In this document: positions 12,811 through 26,260 of the stretch, piece by piece
How the letters are laid out: the number at the start of each line of letters is the position of its first letter
Numbering within the stretch: the stretch's first letter is position 1
DNA from: Octopus vulgaris
Lineage: Eukaryota
Assembly: GCA_951406725.2 (NCBI GenBank)
Contig: OX597821.1
Span: 68,200,001 to 68,264,000, forward strand
Direction of reading: 5' to 3'
DNA: 64,000 nt
The notes under the pieces: model-generated
What the model was told of the DNA's origin: nothing
The model's database searches: none
Seen by the model: only the letters and a program-made list of their open reading frames with translations
Program-made: the position numbers and the translations under genes

Positions 12811-13496
12811 ATTGTCAATTTCCCCAAACAGAGACACAATTCAATTTATAAACAATAACCAAAGCCCCTTCTCCGAAAGGGGAGGGTTACGGTTTACAAT
12901 TATTTAACAAATGCAACACAACAACGTTTCCCTGACGAGGAACCAACAAACGTGATTACAATAGTCAAACAGTAATAATAATAACAACAAACCTTTTTAA
13001 TTTATTCCCATTTATGTGAAACCACTTATTCAAGTTCAAGTCATTGATGCAATTTTATACGAATTGCTAATACACACACATATAATAAGGGTGAAAAATT
13101 GAATATTAATTTGATTAATATGAACTGAAAACCAGTGGTGTAGCATATAAGACCATAGCGGATCTTCTTCTAGCAAAATGGATGACCATTGTTAATGGTT
13201 CATCCCTGTTATATAATACTTTCACTTTAATAGTTTCAGTATTAAAGTGAATGTCTGCATTACAAAAGAGAGGTGTTTTTGTTTCACTTTTAACACGTAA
13301 TACTGAAATAGTGGAGAAAATATGATATTGCTGTGGGGTCGCCCTAGGGAAAAAGTTAAAATGACACTCCCCGGACCTTAAGTAAGGCATGTGTAAAATT
13401 TGAATGAAATTGGTTGTGTAGTTCTCAGGTTCTAGGGAAACACACACACAGACAGACAGACAGACATACACGCATTCTCAGTTTTATATATATAGA
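11352..13496 (-). mobile_element. Helitron, 3'-truncated and internally deleted
   Basis: The 5' terminus TCtatatatataaaactgagaatg is at 13496 on the minus strand. Rep/helicase coding remnants span 11352-12810. Confidence 0.92.
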
Positions 13497-13697
13497 AATG
13501 TAAGTATTACATCAGTTTTAAAATGTAAAGCAATCTTCATTCTGGTGCCTTTAACTTAAGTACCATATTCATCTGAATCTAAATTTTGATGAACTCATAT
13601 ATATATTACACACACACATACACACGTATATACATACATACATACATACATACATACATACATACATACATGCGTGTGTGTGAGAGTGTTTTCGTCT

Positions 13698-13746
<49 letters not shown>

Positions 13747-14481
13747 TGTGTGTGTGTATGTGTGTGCGCATATATTTATATATAGAGAGAGAGATGCATA
13801 CACACCAACATCCAGTTTTGGTTCGTGCAGAATATACATGTAGACATGTCTGAAATTGAGTGTTTACATAGAGGAGACTGTGTCATTATAGAAAAGAGAT
13901 TTTTACAGACATCCACCATAAAATATATCATAAAATACCATAGAACCAGGCATTTGATGGGAACCCTGATAGTTACATACAGGAATAATAAAACAAATTG
14001 TTTAAATATTATAGTGAAAGACTAGTAGAAGATTTTTTCTTCTCACTAAAGGAGCAATTCCATGGGAACGTAACACCCGCGATAGTCGAGGGATCACTGT
14101 ACTGAAAATGTTGGCCCTAGGACAACAAATTCAAACCTGAAAACGCAGATAGCTTGAATATTTAAAGCGATTTATGATCACTCGGGAATCGAACCTGTAT
14201 TTCATATTTTGTTTGCATGGGTTTTTTTTTTTACTCCCTGAAAAATATTATATTGCGCCTTGAATATTTTTGTAGATTTGTAAATCATACAAATCGTACT
14301 TCCTTATTAAGTATTGTGATAAGAAGTAACGTTAAAATATGTTATAGGACCTGTCATATCATGGTCCAAGAGGGCAGCACTTTCAAATCATAATCTAAAA
14401 CGAAACGTGAATATCAGAATGCAAACATAAAACATAAAACAAAACTTAAACCGAGATCAAATCCATGTTGAATATTGTAAA

Positions 14482-14530
<49 letters not shown>

Positions 14531-14859
14531 GATTATATATATACATAATCATATATATATATATATATATATACATACATACATACATATGTATAGAGAC
14601 TTTTTCTTCTATCACAAGATAATCAAATGATTGATTTATTGCAATCAGATAGTATATGAGTTATCAAATTTCTGTTTTGGCAGACGTGACCTTTGACATA
14701 GCGTTGCCAACAATTTGCTATCACAGAGAAAGCCATCTCCGATAAGATCAAAAACAAAAACAACAATAACAACTTCGGCGACAACAGCAACAACACAAGG
14801 CAGACTGAAGGACAGATTACAATAGATGCCGAACGAATGGTATGGATTCGATGATGGTG

Positions 14860-15880
14860 CTGGGGTGTTTGATGGTCGCAGTGGAGTTGATTTGTTGTTA
14901 TGCGTGCAGTTGTGGTTGTTGTGGTGAAGGTTCTAGTGTTTGTTGTGATTTCTGGTGGTGGCATTGGCGGGGGGGGGGGGCAGTGACGAGCGGCAGCTGC
15001 AATGGTGGTGATGGTCGTGGTGGTGTTGGTGGTGGTGGTGGTAGTAGTGGTTGCGGTGGTGGTGATGGTGATGACAACGATTTCCATAATGGCGGCTGTT
15101 GACAACGATTTCTATAATGGCGGCTGTTGTCTGCCTTTGCTGAGCAGATCTTTGGTCACAAGCTTTCTACCCGTGACCACCTCATCTTTAATACGAAACA
15201 TAATGTAGCCAGCGTCACCTTATCCATTGTATCGCCGTCTTTTTAGGTTTGTATAATTTGGTACGAGGGAGATCTGGCTGTTATTTCTAGCAGTGCGAGT
15301 GATTAAGTAGAGCTCTTCTTCTGGTTCGTTGTGATGTTGGTTATGTTAATGTTATGTTTAGTGAAGGTTTTAGAATTGGTGAAAGTAGTGTTTATGGGGG
15401 AGGGGCGACCTGATTGTCATGATTTAGGTGGCGGTGGTGGTTGTGGTGGAGCAAGATGGGGGTAAATTGATAATGGTGGAGAATGCGTTTACGATTATGA
15501 TGATGATGTTAGTAATAACAGTGGTGGAAGCAGGGTGGAGGCAGGCGGTGGTGTTGGTCGTCGTTATCGTCGTGATGAAGATCATCGTGGTGGTGGTGGT
15601 CGCCGTCGTCGTCGTTGTCGTGACGGTGGTGATGGTGATGGCGGCGGCGATGATGGTAGTGGTGATGGATGAAGTCGTGGCGGCGGCGGTGAAGATGATG
15701 GTGGTGGCAGTGATAATGGTGGTGGTGGTGGTGGTAGTGGTGGTGGTGGTAGTAGTAGTAGTGGTGGTTTTGATGGTGGTGTAAGTAGTGGTGACAGTCG
15801 TGGTGGGATGACGACGGTGGTGATGGTGGCGACGGTGGCGACGGTGGCGACGATGGCGACGGTGGTGGTAATGATGGTAG
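14860..15880. repeat. Degenerate (GGT/GAT/GTC)n trinucleotide low-complexity blocks
   Basis: Blocks at 14860-15130 and 15420-15880 give the poly-V/poly-T pseudo-ORFs. A SINE-tail-like segment lies between them (15130-15320). Confidence 0.85.
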
Positions 15881-16597
15881 TCCTTCCTAGTAGCGTGGAG
15901 CTAGGACTGTTGACTTAAAGAGTTGTTATAGCGGTTATTGGCTGTCGTTATGGTAACAGACATCTCTATTTCATGGTCGAAGATTAGATATAAAAGCTAT
16001 AAGATTATAGATAATAATGAAAACAAAAAAAAAAGACAGAAAACATGACACCGTCACTTCCTTCAAACAATATTATTAGCCCTTGTCACTATAATTCAAG
16101 CAAACGACACCTGGACTGACCATGAGTAATCTAACAAAGGATAATTGAAAACTCAGCCTGAGTTATTGAACATCTACAAGAATTGTCGAAAGTCAAATAT
16201 GGACGGAATTGGGGAGTTCCTGATTTATTTCGTTGGTATTAGTTCAGTTTCGATTCCTGGGAAAGTTCAGTGGTTGTAATCCATTATTTCCTACTTTTGT
16301 AGCGTTACAAATTCGCTCTTTTATAGTAAATGAACAATGTTTTCATATATTTTATCTCCCTGCAGTGCATACTTCCATGATGGCTACAATCGTGTGTTCA
16401 TAGTATTTATATGACATTCATGTAATGTATGGGGACCAAAATGTGTGTGTGTGTGTATATGCATGCGAGTGAGTGTGTGTGCGCGCGCGTGTGTGTATGT
16501 ATATATATATGTATGTATGTATGTGTGTGTATATATGTATATATGCATGCACACACATACATACATACATACATACATACATACATACATACATACA

Positions 16598-16633
<36 letters not shown>

Positions 16634-16639
16634 TATATG

Positions 16640-16932
16640 ACGAACTCTCCCGTCGTTAGATGACATATGAGGGTTCGACAATTTCTTACCGATCAACCAC
16701 AGAGATGATCTGTTTATAGTGATCAAATGTTTGTGTATACATAAGCTCACTCCCTCCATCAAATCGACATTACCTGTACAGGTGCAACGGGTACCACATG
16801 TGAAATGATCGCAGAGCAACGTGAAATGCAGTGCTTTGCTTAAGAACACATCGCAACGCCTGCTCTGGGAATCGAAACCACGATCTCGCAATCAAGAGTG
16901 CAACACCCTAACTAATCTGTCATGCGCCTTCA
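16640..16932 (-). mobile_element. SINE family C-related copy
   Basis: Reverse complement of gaaggcgcatg..ttagttagggtgttgcactcttgattgcgagatcgtggtttcgattccc...gtgttcttaagcaaagcactgcatttcacgttgctc. Confidence 0.7.
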
Positions 16933-17190
16933 CATATATAATAGACAAGGGAAAAGACGAAGAATGGATTTAACACACCTTCATTCTTCGTCGTACTATC
17001 TGTTACTCTTCGTAATCCCCACAAACTGTTTTCGCCAGTGATATACCTGGAGCTTTTGTACCAATGGACTTTCAATTTCTTCAAGATTATAATTGCAGAT
17101 TGTTCCTTCTACCACGTCATATCTTAAGGGAAAGTAGTGTCATCGTTGTCATAGTTGCCTATATTGTCGTTAATATCTTCTGCTTTGGTC

Positions 17191-17610
17191 AAGGCGGCGA
17201 GCTGGCAGAAACGTTAGCGTGCCGGGCGAAATGCTTAGCGATATTTCGTCTGCCGCTACGTTCTGAATTCAAATCTCGCCGAGTTCGACTTTGCCTTTCA
17301 GCCTTTCGGGGTCGATTAAATAAGTACCAGCTACGCACAGTAGTCGATATAATCCACTTAATATGTTTATCTGTCCTTGTTTGTCTCCTCTGTGTGTAGC
17401 CCTTTGTGGGCAATAAAGAAATAAGAATCGCTAGCATGCTGAGTAAAATGTTTAGCGGCATTTCGTCCGTCTTTACGTTCTGAGCTTAAATTCCGCCGAG
17501 GTCGACTTTACTCTTCTTCCCTTTCAGGATTGATAAAATAAGTACCAGTCGTGCACCGGATTCGATGTAATCGACTTACCTCTCCTCAGAACTTGCTGGC
17601 CTTGTGCCAG
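17191..17610 (+). mobile_element. SINE family A tandem dimer
   Basis: A full unit ending gtgggcaataaagaaata is directly followed by a second unit starting agaatcgctagc. Confidence 0.85.
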
Positions 17611-18074
17611 TAATTTGGTTTTGTATAGCTTACACTTTTGTCATCTGATGCTACCTCGTAGAGTTAATGTTATAAACGTATTAAAACCATTTTAGGTTTT
17701 TATGTAGTTTATTTCTTGTATCCACCACCCAGGTTCAGCCCTTCTGGCAGTGTATTGACCATACAAGCTCTGCTAGCCGAGCGCAAACCCTGAGTGGGGC
17801 CTCCCATACTGAACAAGTCAAACGATTAAGACAGATCACCTCTAAGTGTGCTTTCGTTCGGCCAACAACTCCTACAAGACAAAATGTTACAGAAGCATTG
17901 ATAACAATTAAAAAACCAGCAGAACATGGGAGAAGCGGAAAAGGCCTCCCAGGGGCGATAACAGCAGTCGCCAATATCCTATGCTTTATAAAGAGCGAAG
18001 GGCTTAAATAAGTTATTCCCTGTATCGTCAGGTAGTTTTCTTTTAAATTACACAAGTATAATCTTCTCGGTTAT

Positions 18075-18460
18075 CTAATCTTTTTTTTAAATTTTGATGT
18101 AGTGTTGTATAAAATGTTCCAACATTCCTTGCAGAGGGACCTGTATTAACTTCTATTTCATGCCATCACTCAGTTTCATTAATCAACCCGATTATTCTTT
18201 TAGTTTTATATCTTCAAACGCTAGTGAAACAGCTGCTGGTTCTTTTTCCCTGCAATTAAATTATAGACTGTTTTGGCCACGACACTATATATTTCGTATG
18301 TAAATACAACAATGAGAACATTGTTGTTCATATCTTCGGTGTTAAGTCCATATTGCCTACATTTATTATCGCATTTAGGTGATTTGCCGGCACCCTCGTC
18401 CTTTTCATGCATCAGGTAAGTTACTTTATATTCCTTGATTGAAAAATGTTCCTTCAATGT
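18075..18460 (-). mobile_element. Decayed R4-like zinc-knuckle/RLE fragment
   Basis: KYLMHEKD..AGK..KCDNKCR.YG...ED is homologous to 57340-57450. Confidence 0.65.
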
Positions 18461-18863
18461 ACGTATGAATGTATTTCTTTTGTTGTGATATATTTAACGT
18501 TCTCATAGATTTCGATCCAGTCAATAACAAAGTCACACCTCTTTGTGTTCGAGTCAAGGTAATTCCAGAGATTTGTGAATACGTGTAGGTGTGTGATTAT
18601 GTACATATATATATATATAGATGAATGTGTAGATATACTTGCACTAATGTAATAAATGTACGTGTCTCTTTAGTATATGAGTGTGTGCAAGAACGCTTTA
18701 TGTATTTGCGTGCATGTCATGTATGGAGATTCTTTGGAATGGTCTGCAAACCTTCTTTGTGTGTATGTATGCATGTAAGTACGTATGAACGTATGTGTGT
18801 AGTATGTATGCATGTAGGTATGTATGTATGCAGGTACGTACGTGCGTACATAGGTAACAGATT

Positions 18864-18923
<60 letters not shown>

Positions 18924-18927
<4 letters not shown>

Positions 18928-19827
18928 GTACAGTGAATTAACTGTTGTCTAAACTACACAAAAATGAAAATAACACTGATACCTCATTTTAACAGATATA
19001 TTTACCAAAATTGCATACAAGATATCTTGAAATACTAAAGAGTAAATCTATTCTAAATAAGTGTAAAATTATTGAATGAAATCGTCATTGGCTTCAAACC
19101 ACGACCTCCAGACGACTTCTGACGGTCTCCTTCTTTAAGTTGGTGAATTCTGGGCAGTCTCCTTGTTTAAGTAGGTGAATACTACCATAATCCTTGCATT
19201 CAGTTCATCTTTGGTGTTACAAGGAATTTTGCTGCCCTCTTGCTCAAGTGTGCCCCACATATAATCAAGTGGGTTGCAGTCGGGGGAATTAGGTGGCCAG
19301 ATGTCAGGGGTGATGTGGTCGCAGAAATTGTCTGACAGCCATGATTGGGTTCTCCTGCTTATGTGGCATAGTGCAGAGTCCTGTTGCCAGACATAGGGTC
19401 TTCCAGCAGCCATCTTCTTGACACAGGGCAACTCTATCTTGTCCAGGCACATGATGTAAGCCTCATTTTTGAGTCTGAGGCTGTGTGGGAAGATGAATGG
19501 AGGCAAAACGTCGCCATCACTAGTGATCACTCCAAACACTATGATATTGACTGGATGTTTGATTTTCATCACTCTCAGTACATGTCATCAGATTGATACC
19601 CAAATACTCTGAAATGTGCGTATTGGAACTTACGGTAAGAATGCCAAGCACTACAGCATGTCGTTTCTAAATCCCTGACAGAGCGAATTGCGTCATGGAG
19701 CTGCTTTTCTTACAGACGGTGCCCAGCTGACCCTACTATACTGTGTAGTTGACACAATCAAAACCAAACATTGCGCATGCGCGAAATAGAAAATATAAAT
19801 TGGCGACAATTTACCCATCGCAGCCTG
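18924..19827 (-). mobile_element. Tc1/mariner DD37D (maT-type) transposon remnant
   Basis: ORF 19135-19572 has VFGVITSDG, YVWQQD-(37 aa)-D and WPPNSPDCNPLDY. Degenerate TIRs begin cagg, with TA at the right end. Confidence 0.85.
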
Positions 19828-19835
19828 TATGTATA

Positions 19836-19868
<33 letters not shown>

Positions 19869-19984
19869 AAAATAATGAGGGTGATAAATTGAATATCAAT
19901 TTAATTAACATCAATTTAAAACCTATATGCAGTAGCCTAGCATATAGAAAAATCTGAAAATTCAGAAAAATTGTAATACATACG

Positions 19985-20193
19985 TATAATAAGGGATGAC
20001 CACTAAGTGGACATCCATTATGCTAGAAGAAGGTCACCTACGATCCAACTACAAAGAAAAGAATTTTCTCTAGAGAAATTCAGCAAACACCAGAACAAAA
20101 GCGGATATGACAGAACATTCTTTTCTTTGTCGTTGAATCGTAGATGAACTTCTAGCATACTGAATGTCCACTTAGTGGTCATCCCTTATTATA

Positions 20194-20195
<2 letters not shown>
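19985..20195. repeat. Imperfect inverted repeat (~85-bp arms) between (TA)n tracts
   Basis: tataataagggatgaccactaagtggacat... pairs with ...atgtccacttagtggtcatcccttattata. Confidence 0.9.
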
Positions 20196-20274
<79 letters not shown>

Positions 20275-20665
20275 GTTATATTTATCTCTGTCTAATTATG
20301 AGTGTTGTAGAAGTTTTATTTTGTGTATCACCATAATCTATATTATCAGAACTAGAACAAAAGGCTGGACATTTAAGAGAGAGTGGGGGGGGGGTTATAC
20401 GTCCACGCCCGCGCGCGTGTATGTGTGTAGAAGTCACATGGACAAACGGAATGAGAAATGAAAGGGAAACATGTACATCGAGGAGAAACGAAAATATATA
20501 AAGACTGAAACGAATTGCATGAGTGTAAATGGATGCGCATGTCTTCATACATGCGTGTACACATGTATGCGTTCGACACATTTGCATATGCGTGTAGTCG
20601 TGTTAACATATATCGAAGCATACTTTAGCTTGGAAAGTTCACGTTAATGTCTATCTATATGTGTC

Positions 20666-21111
20666 AGGTGAGCTGGCAGAAACGTTAGCACGCCGGGCGT
20701 AATGCGTAGCCGTATTTCGCCTGCTGTTACGTTCTGAGTTCAAATTCCACCGAGGTCGACTTTACCTTTCATCCATTCGGGGTCGATAAATTAAGTACCA
20801 GTTACGCACTGGGGTCGATGTAATCGACTTTATCCCTTTGTCTGTCCCTGTTTGTCCCTTCTATGTTTAGCCCTTTGTGGGCAATAAAGAAATAAGAAAC
20901 GTTAGCACGCCGGGCGAAATGCGTAGAAGTATTTCGCCTGGTGTTACGTTCTGAGTTCAAATTCCGCCGAGGTCAACTTTACCTTTCATCCTTTCGGGGT
21001 CGATAAATTAAGTACCAGTTACGCACTGGGGTCAATATAATCAACTTAACCCGTTTGTCTCTCCTTGTTTGTCCCCTCTCTGTTTAGCCCCTTGTGGGTA
21101 GTAAAGAAATA
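20666..21111 (+). mobile_element. SINE family A tandem dimer with a single TSD
   Basis: Two ~215-bp units. The 15-bp TSD tatatgtgtcaggtg occurs at 20656-20670 and 21112-21126. Confidence 0.9.
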
Positions 21112-22208
21112 TATATGTGTCAGGTGTCCATGATTTCTTCTACATCTCGCGAGATTTGACTCAAATCTCAAGACAACGTTAGCAGCTATTATATTTTCAC
21201 TGATATTCTTTATATTTTATTTTATTTTATTTTATTTTATTTTATTTTATTTCATTTGTACTGGTACAATGAAGAGAATTCTTTTAATCGAATACTAAAT
21301 TTTTTTTCTCAATTTCCTTTATTAATTCTATGAATTTTTTTAAAATTTAATTCCCTTCCATTTTTCTTAATTAAACATTTTCTTTTCTCTTAATCTTTAT
21401 GCTTTAAACAACAAGAGAATCAGCAGAACTATTCCGTTGCTATAAACTCAAGCAAAGGTTTTCTACAGGGTCAAAAATTCGAAGCTAATCTGACAGTTTC
21501 TCTGAATTTTAATTACTTTCTCTCTCTCCACCGTCTGCATTATTCATATACTTCGTTTCCCTCCCCTGTCTCGCGAAGAAATCGATCTTCAGTCACCGTT
21601 TCATTAATGATGTCCACCATGATCTTTTCCAGACATCATATTGTCATTCCTGTTTGCAGTGAGCTGTTGTTGTTATTGTTGTTATTGTTATTATTCACCT
21701 TGCTGTTGTTTATATTGTTAGGTCTGAATTTTCCATTTTATTGAATAAAATATCATGACTCAAATATCAGTGGTCTTGGACCAAGTCAAAAGAAATTACA
21801 TTCATCCTCATTATTTTCATATTAATTTCTATTATTATAATTATTATTATAAGAAACTATTATTATTGTTGTTTTGTTGCACTCATACTGCGGTTGTTTT
21901 TGCTATTATTATTATCATTATCATTATAATCATCATTATTATCATCATCATTATTATGATTATTATTACTGTTATTATTAAAAGCTATCACATGCTAATT
22001 AAATTAGCAGGGATATTATCTGGAGTTTCGATAACAATAGTCTTCCTGAAATTTCAAGTATCTTCCTTAGGAATCTTGCAGAGTAATGAATGGCACTTTT
22101 CTGCAGATCCAAAAATACGTATCCCAATTCCAATATCCTTCAGCCTCTTAGTAAACAGCAATTTCGGTTTTATACTGATAACACTAATTACCACAAGAAA
22201 AATCTTCA

Positions 22209-22300
22209 CCTATGGAACGGTCGAACAAGTTGTTTTGAGAAAATTTGGTTTAAATGTTTGACAACTCAGCACCGTCCATTGGACGGGGGCGTTTTGCTCG

Positions 22301-22385
<85 letters not shown>

Positions 22386-22423
22386 TTCCCTTTTTTCCTG
22401 AGCGCCTAATAATAACACTTTAA
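22209..22423 (+). repeat. Near-identical direct copy of 23067-23270
   Basis: Same unique sequence on both sides of the (TA)n tract. Only the TA length differs. Confidence 0.95.
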
Positions 22424-22496
22424 CTCAACATCATTTTGGTTAGGTTCTGATATTTCGCAGTTTTCTCTGCTATGTATGTGTGTGGGGGGGGGGGTG

Positions 22497-22766
22497 AAGG
22501 CGTATGGCTTAGTGGTTAGGACATTCGGCTCACCATCATATGGTTGCGAGTTCGATTTCTGGCGGCGCGTTGTGTCCTTGAGCAACACACTTTATTTCAA
22601 GTTGCTCTTGTTCACTCAGCTGACAAAAATGAGTAGTACCCCTATTTCAAAGGGACAGTCCTGTCATATTCTATGTCACACTGAATCTCCCTGGGAAGTA
22701 CGTTAAGGGTACACGTATCTGTGCAGTGCTCAGCCACTTGCACGTTAATTTTCCGAGCAAGCTGTT
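22497..22766 (+). mobile_element. SINE family C copy
   Basis: A-box tggcttagtgg, B-box gagttcgatttc and body gtgtccttgagcaacacactttatttc. Confidence 0.8.
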
Positions 22767-22799
22767 ATACATATATATGTATATATATATATATATATA

Positions 22800-23158
22800 T
22801 TATATAAAATCCGTTCTGTCTGTCTCAGTGTGTGTCTTCTAGGCTCTTGGACATCCTCCATCCGATTGAGCTCAAATTTGATGTGTAGATACCGACGGAA
22901 TCAGGGCGTGTATAAGTCTTGAAAAATTACAAAGATCGATTCCAGGTGAGAATGCGATCGATAAAGTCGTGGGAACGTGCATTTGTAAGCGCAAGTACAT
23001 CAGTCGAAATCCGTCTTTGCCTGGTGTCTCAAATTTAGGTTAAATCAGTGTTTCTCAAAGGGGAGGCCTATGGAACGGTCGAACAAGTTGTTTTGAGAAA
23101 ATTTGGTTTAAATGTTTGACAACTCAGCACCGTCCATTGGACGGGGGCGTTTTGCTCG
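22800..23158 (+). mobile_element. Non-autonomous Helitron-like element
   Basis: Starts tatataaaatccgttctgtctgtc like the other Helitron 5' ends here. The 3' hairpin ccgtcc-att-ggacgg is followed by CTCG|T (a variant of CTAG). Confidence 0.6.
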
Positions 23159-23233
<75 letters not shown>

Positions 23234-23320
23234 TCCCTTTTTTCCTGAGCGCCTAATAATAACACTTTAATTGTTCCACTTTTTGCGTTGTTGTCTTTTT
23301 TGTTTTTCTTGTTTGGATTA

Positions 23321-23385
<65 letters not shown>

Positions 23386-23519
23386 CCGTCTAAGAGATAG
23401 AAGTATCCGTTACACTACCGGTATATTACCAATGTTTAACCGTGGGCATACATATGCAAGCTTATTATGCTCATAAACTATACATGAAGACAAGGATAAA
23501 CATGAGTTCATCAAGCATC

Positions 23520-23643
23520 AAAATTTAAAGAAGGTAGAAATATGGATGAACAACAATTGACTTACATCAATAATAATTAATAAATACTAATTGATGTAAG
23601 TCAGTTGTTGTCCATCAATATTTCTCCATTTTATGCCTTCTTT

Positions 23644-23648
<5 letters not shown>
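23520..23648. repeat. Imperfect hairpin/inverted repeat
   Basis: aatttaaagaagg..aacaa.tgacttacatcaat pairs with attgatgtaagtcagttgtt..ccttctttaaatt. Confidence 0.8.
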
Positions 23649-23701
<53 letters not shown>

Positions 23702-23829
23702 CAAAATAATTAAGATTCAAATGAATTAGGTACTTAAGTTGAAGCACCAAAAACTAATGCGGTATTATCCGTACAACTTCAAAATAAGGTGAATAAAATC
23801 AAAATAAGCAACAGGATATCCAGAGGTGA

Positions 23830-23971
23830 TACACTACGATCATTTCAAGTGGCTCCATTTAATTGAACAATGCAATCATTATATCAATTTAAATGTAGGG
23901 CTACCTTCAGCTGCATAAATATATAAATTGTATTTATTTATTTATACAGCTGAGGATAGCCCTGCATTTAA
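23830..23971 (-). ncRNA. Degenerate hammerhead ribozyme with partial inverted duplication
   Basis: Minus strand reads gcag CTGAAGG tagcc...ccactt GAAA tgatcg TA gtgtat. The mirrored arm at 23945-23971 keeps CTGAGGA. Confidence 0.5.
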
Positions 23972-24004
23972 TTTAATGAAATAACTGCAGCCTGTTGCTT
24001 ATTT

Positions 24005-24056
<52 letters not shown>

Positions 24057-24379
24057 GTGTGTGTGTGTGTATATGTGTATATGTGTTTGTATGTATATGT
24101 GTATATATGTATATGCATATGTATGTGTAAATGTATGTGCTTATGTATGTGTATGTATGTATAAAATATTATATAATTAGGGATTAGGAAAATAAAATAA
24201 ATTACTTTGCCACATACTAAACTTTCTAGAAATAGCAGCCAATAAAGTTTTTTAGCCTCTTCCACTACTTAGAGAATTTTTTCCCTCTAACATTGTTTAC
24301 TCAAAATAATAATGGTCCCTTTACATACTGAACACTTGATGAAATTGATTAATAACTAATTAACTTTACCCTCCCTTGT

Positions 24380-24412
24380 TGATATATATATACATATGTA
24401 TATGTGTACGTG

Positions 24413-24455
<43 letters not shown>

Positions 24456-24713
24456 ATGTGTGTATGTATGTATGTATTTGTATATATGTGTGTGTGTATA
24501 TGTATGTGTGCGCGTGTGTGTGTATGTATGTGTATACTTGTATATGTATATGCATGAATGTATATATATGTGTGTGTATATGTGTATTATGTATGTATTT
24601 ATATAGATATGTAGTTTTTATATATATATATGTATGTATATGCATCTGTCTGTGTGTGTGTATGTGTATATATGTGTATCATTTTTGCTTATGTATACAT
24701 GTATATGTGTGTA

Positions 24714-24752
<39 letters not shown>

Positions 24753-24963
24753 GTATATGTGTATATATATGTATATGTATATATATGCATACGTATGTGT
24801 ATGTACATGTATATATGTATGTGTGTATATGTATATATGTTTATATATGTGAGTATGTAGTGATATAAGTATATGCATGTGTATGTATGGGTATGTGTAT
24901 CAGTGTATATGTATATATGTATGTGTGTGTGTATGTATATGTATGTATGTGTGTATATATGTA

Positions 24964-25008
<45 letters not shown>

Positions 25009-25087
25009 ATATATGTGTGTATGTATGTGTATGTGTATGTATGCGTATGTGTATCTATGTATGTATATATATATGTATATATATGTA

Positions 25088-25120
<33 letters not shown>

Positions 25121-25657
25121 GAGTGCGTGTGTGTATGTATGCATATATGTATGTATGCATGTATATGTGTATGTATATATATGTGTGTAAGTGTGTGCAT
25201 ATATGTATTTGTAAGTATGTGTGCGCGTATGAGTATGTATGTATGCTTGCACACGTGTATATATATGTGTGTGTGTGTATATATATGGATGCGCGTGCGT
25301 GTGTGCACGTGTATGGGTACGCATGTATATGTGTATGTGCGTGTATGCGTATACGTGTATGTATGTATGTGTGTGCGTGGATTTGTATATGTATGTGTGA
25401 GTGTGTATATATATATATATGTATATATATATGCATATATATAGATGGGTGTGTGTATGCGTATAAATGCATGTAAGTATGGATGTATGGATGTATGTAT
25501 GTATGTATACGTATGTATGTGTGTATGTGTGTATGTATATATATATGTGTGTATATATGTTTGTGTATGTATATATATGTGTATGTATGTGTGTGTATAT
25601 GTATGTGTGTATGTGTATGTATGTGTATATATATATATATATATATATGTATGCATG

Positions 25658-25690
<33 letters not shown>

Positions 25691-25740
25691 GTATGTATCT
25701 GTATGTAGGAGTATATATGTGTGTGTGTGTATGTATATGC

Positions 25741-25784
<44 letters not shown>

Positions 25785-26260
25785 TTATTGGTGTATATGT
25801 ATAGTCTAGCCTCCTAAAGTGTAGACACGAATCTGTAGGTACGAGTACGTATGTGTATATACGTGAACGTATGTAGATGTTTGTATGTATGAATATAACG
25901 CGTGCGTACGTGTATGTGTATGAGTGTACGAATGGGTGAATGTACGTGCTAATGAGTGTGCGTGCGGGAATGAGTACTTGCCTTCTAGTAGACAGACAAA
26001 TGGACTGCAGCCATTGCCAGGATTCTTAGCCCTAGCGATCAAAGATAACAAAAGTAATAAATGAAGATAATAAAATTAAAATTAGGGAATGGGCCTGTAT
26101 TGGATTGTATATATATATATGTATATGTATATTTGTATGTATGTATGTGTGTATGTGTAGGTATGTATATGTATGTATATATATGTATATATGTATATGT
26201 GTGTGTATATATATGTGTATGTATGTATGTGTGTGTAGATACGTATACATGTGTGTATAG
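24380..26260. repeat. ~1.9-kb compound (TA/TG/TATG)n alternating purine-pyrimidine tract
   Basis: Direct reading of the sequence. Confidence 0.97.

Noticed and set aside
14623-15784. Thr/Val/Gly-rich ORFs
   Set aside because: They derive from degenerate (GGT)n tracts and show no domain or splice evidence.
23450-23520. Hammerhead-like remnant on the minus strand (TTGATGA, ctcat/atgag stem)
   Set aside because: Both core boxes are mutated.
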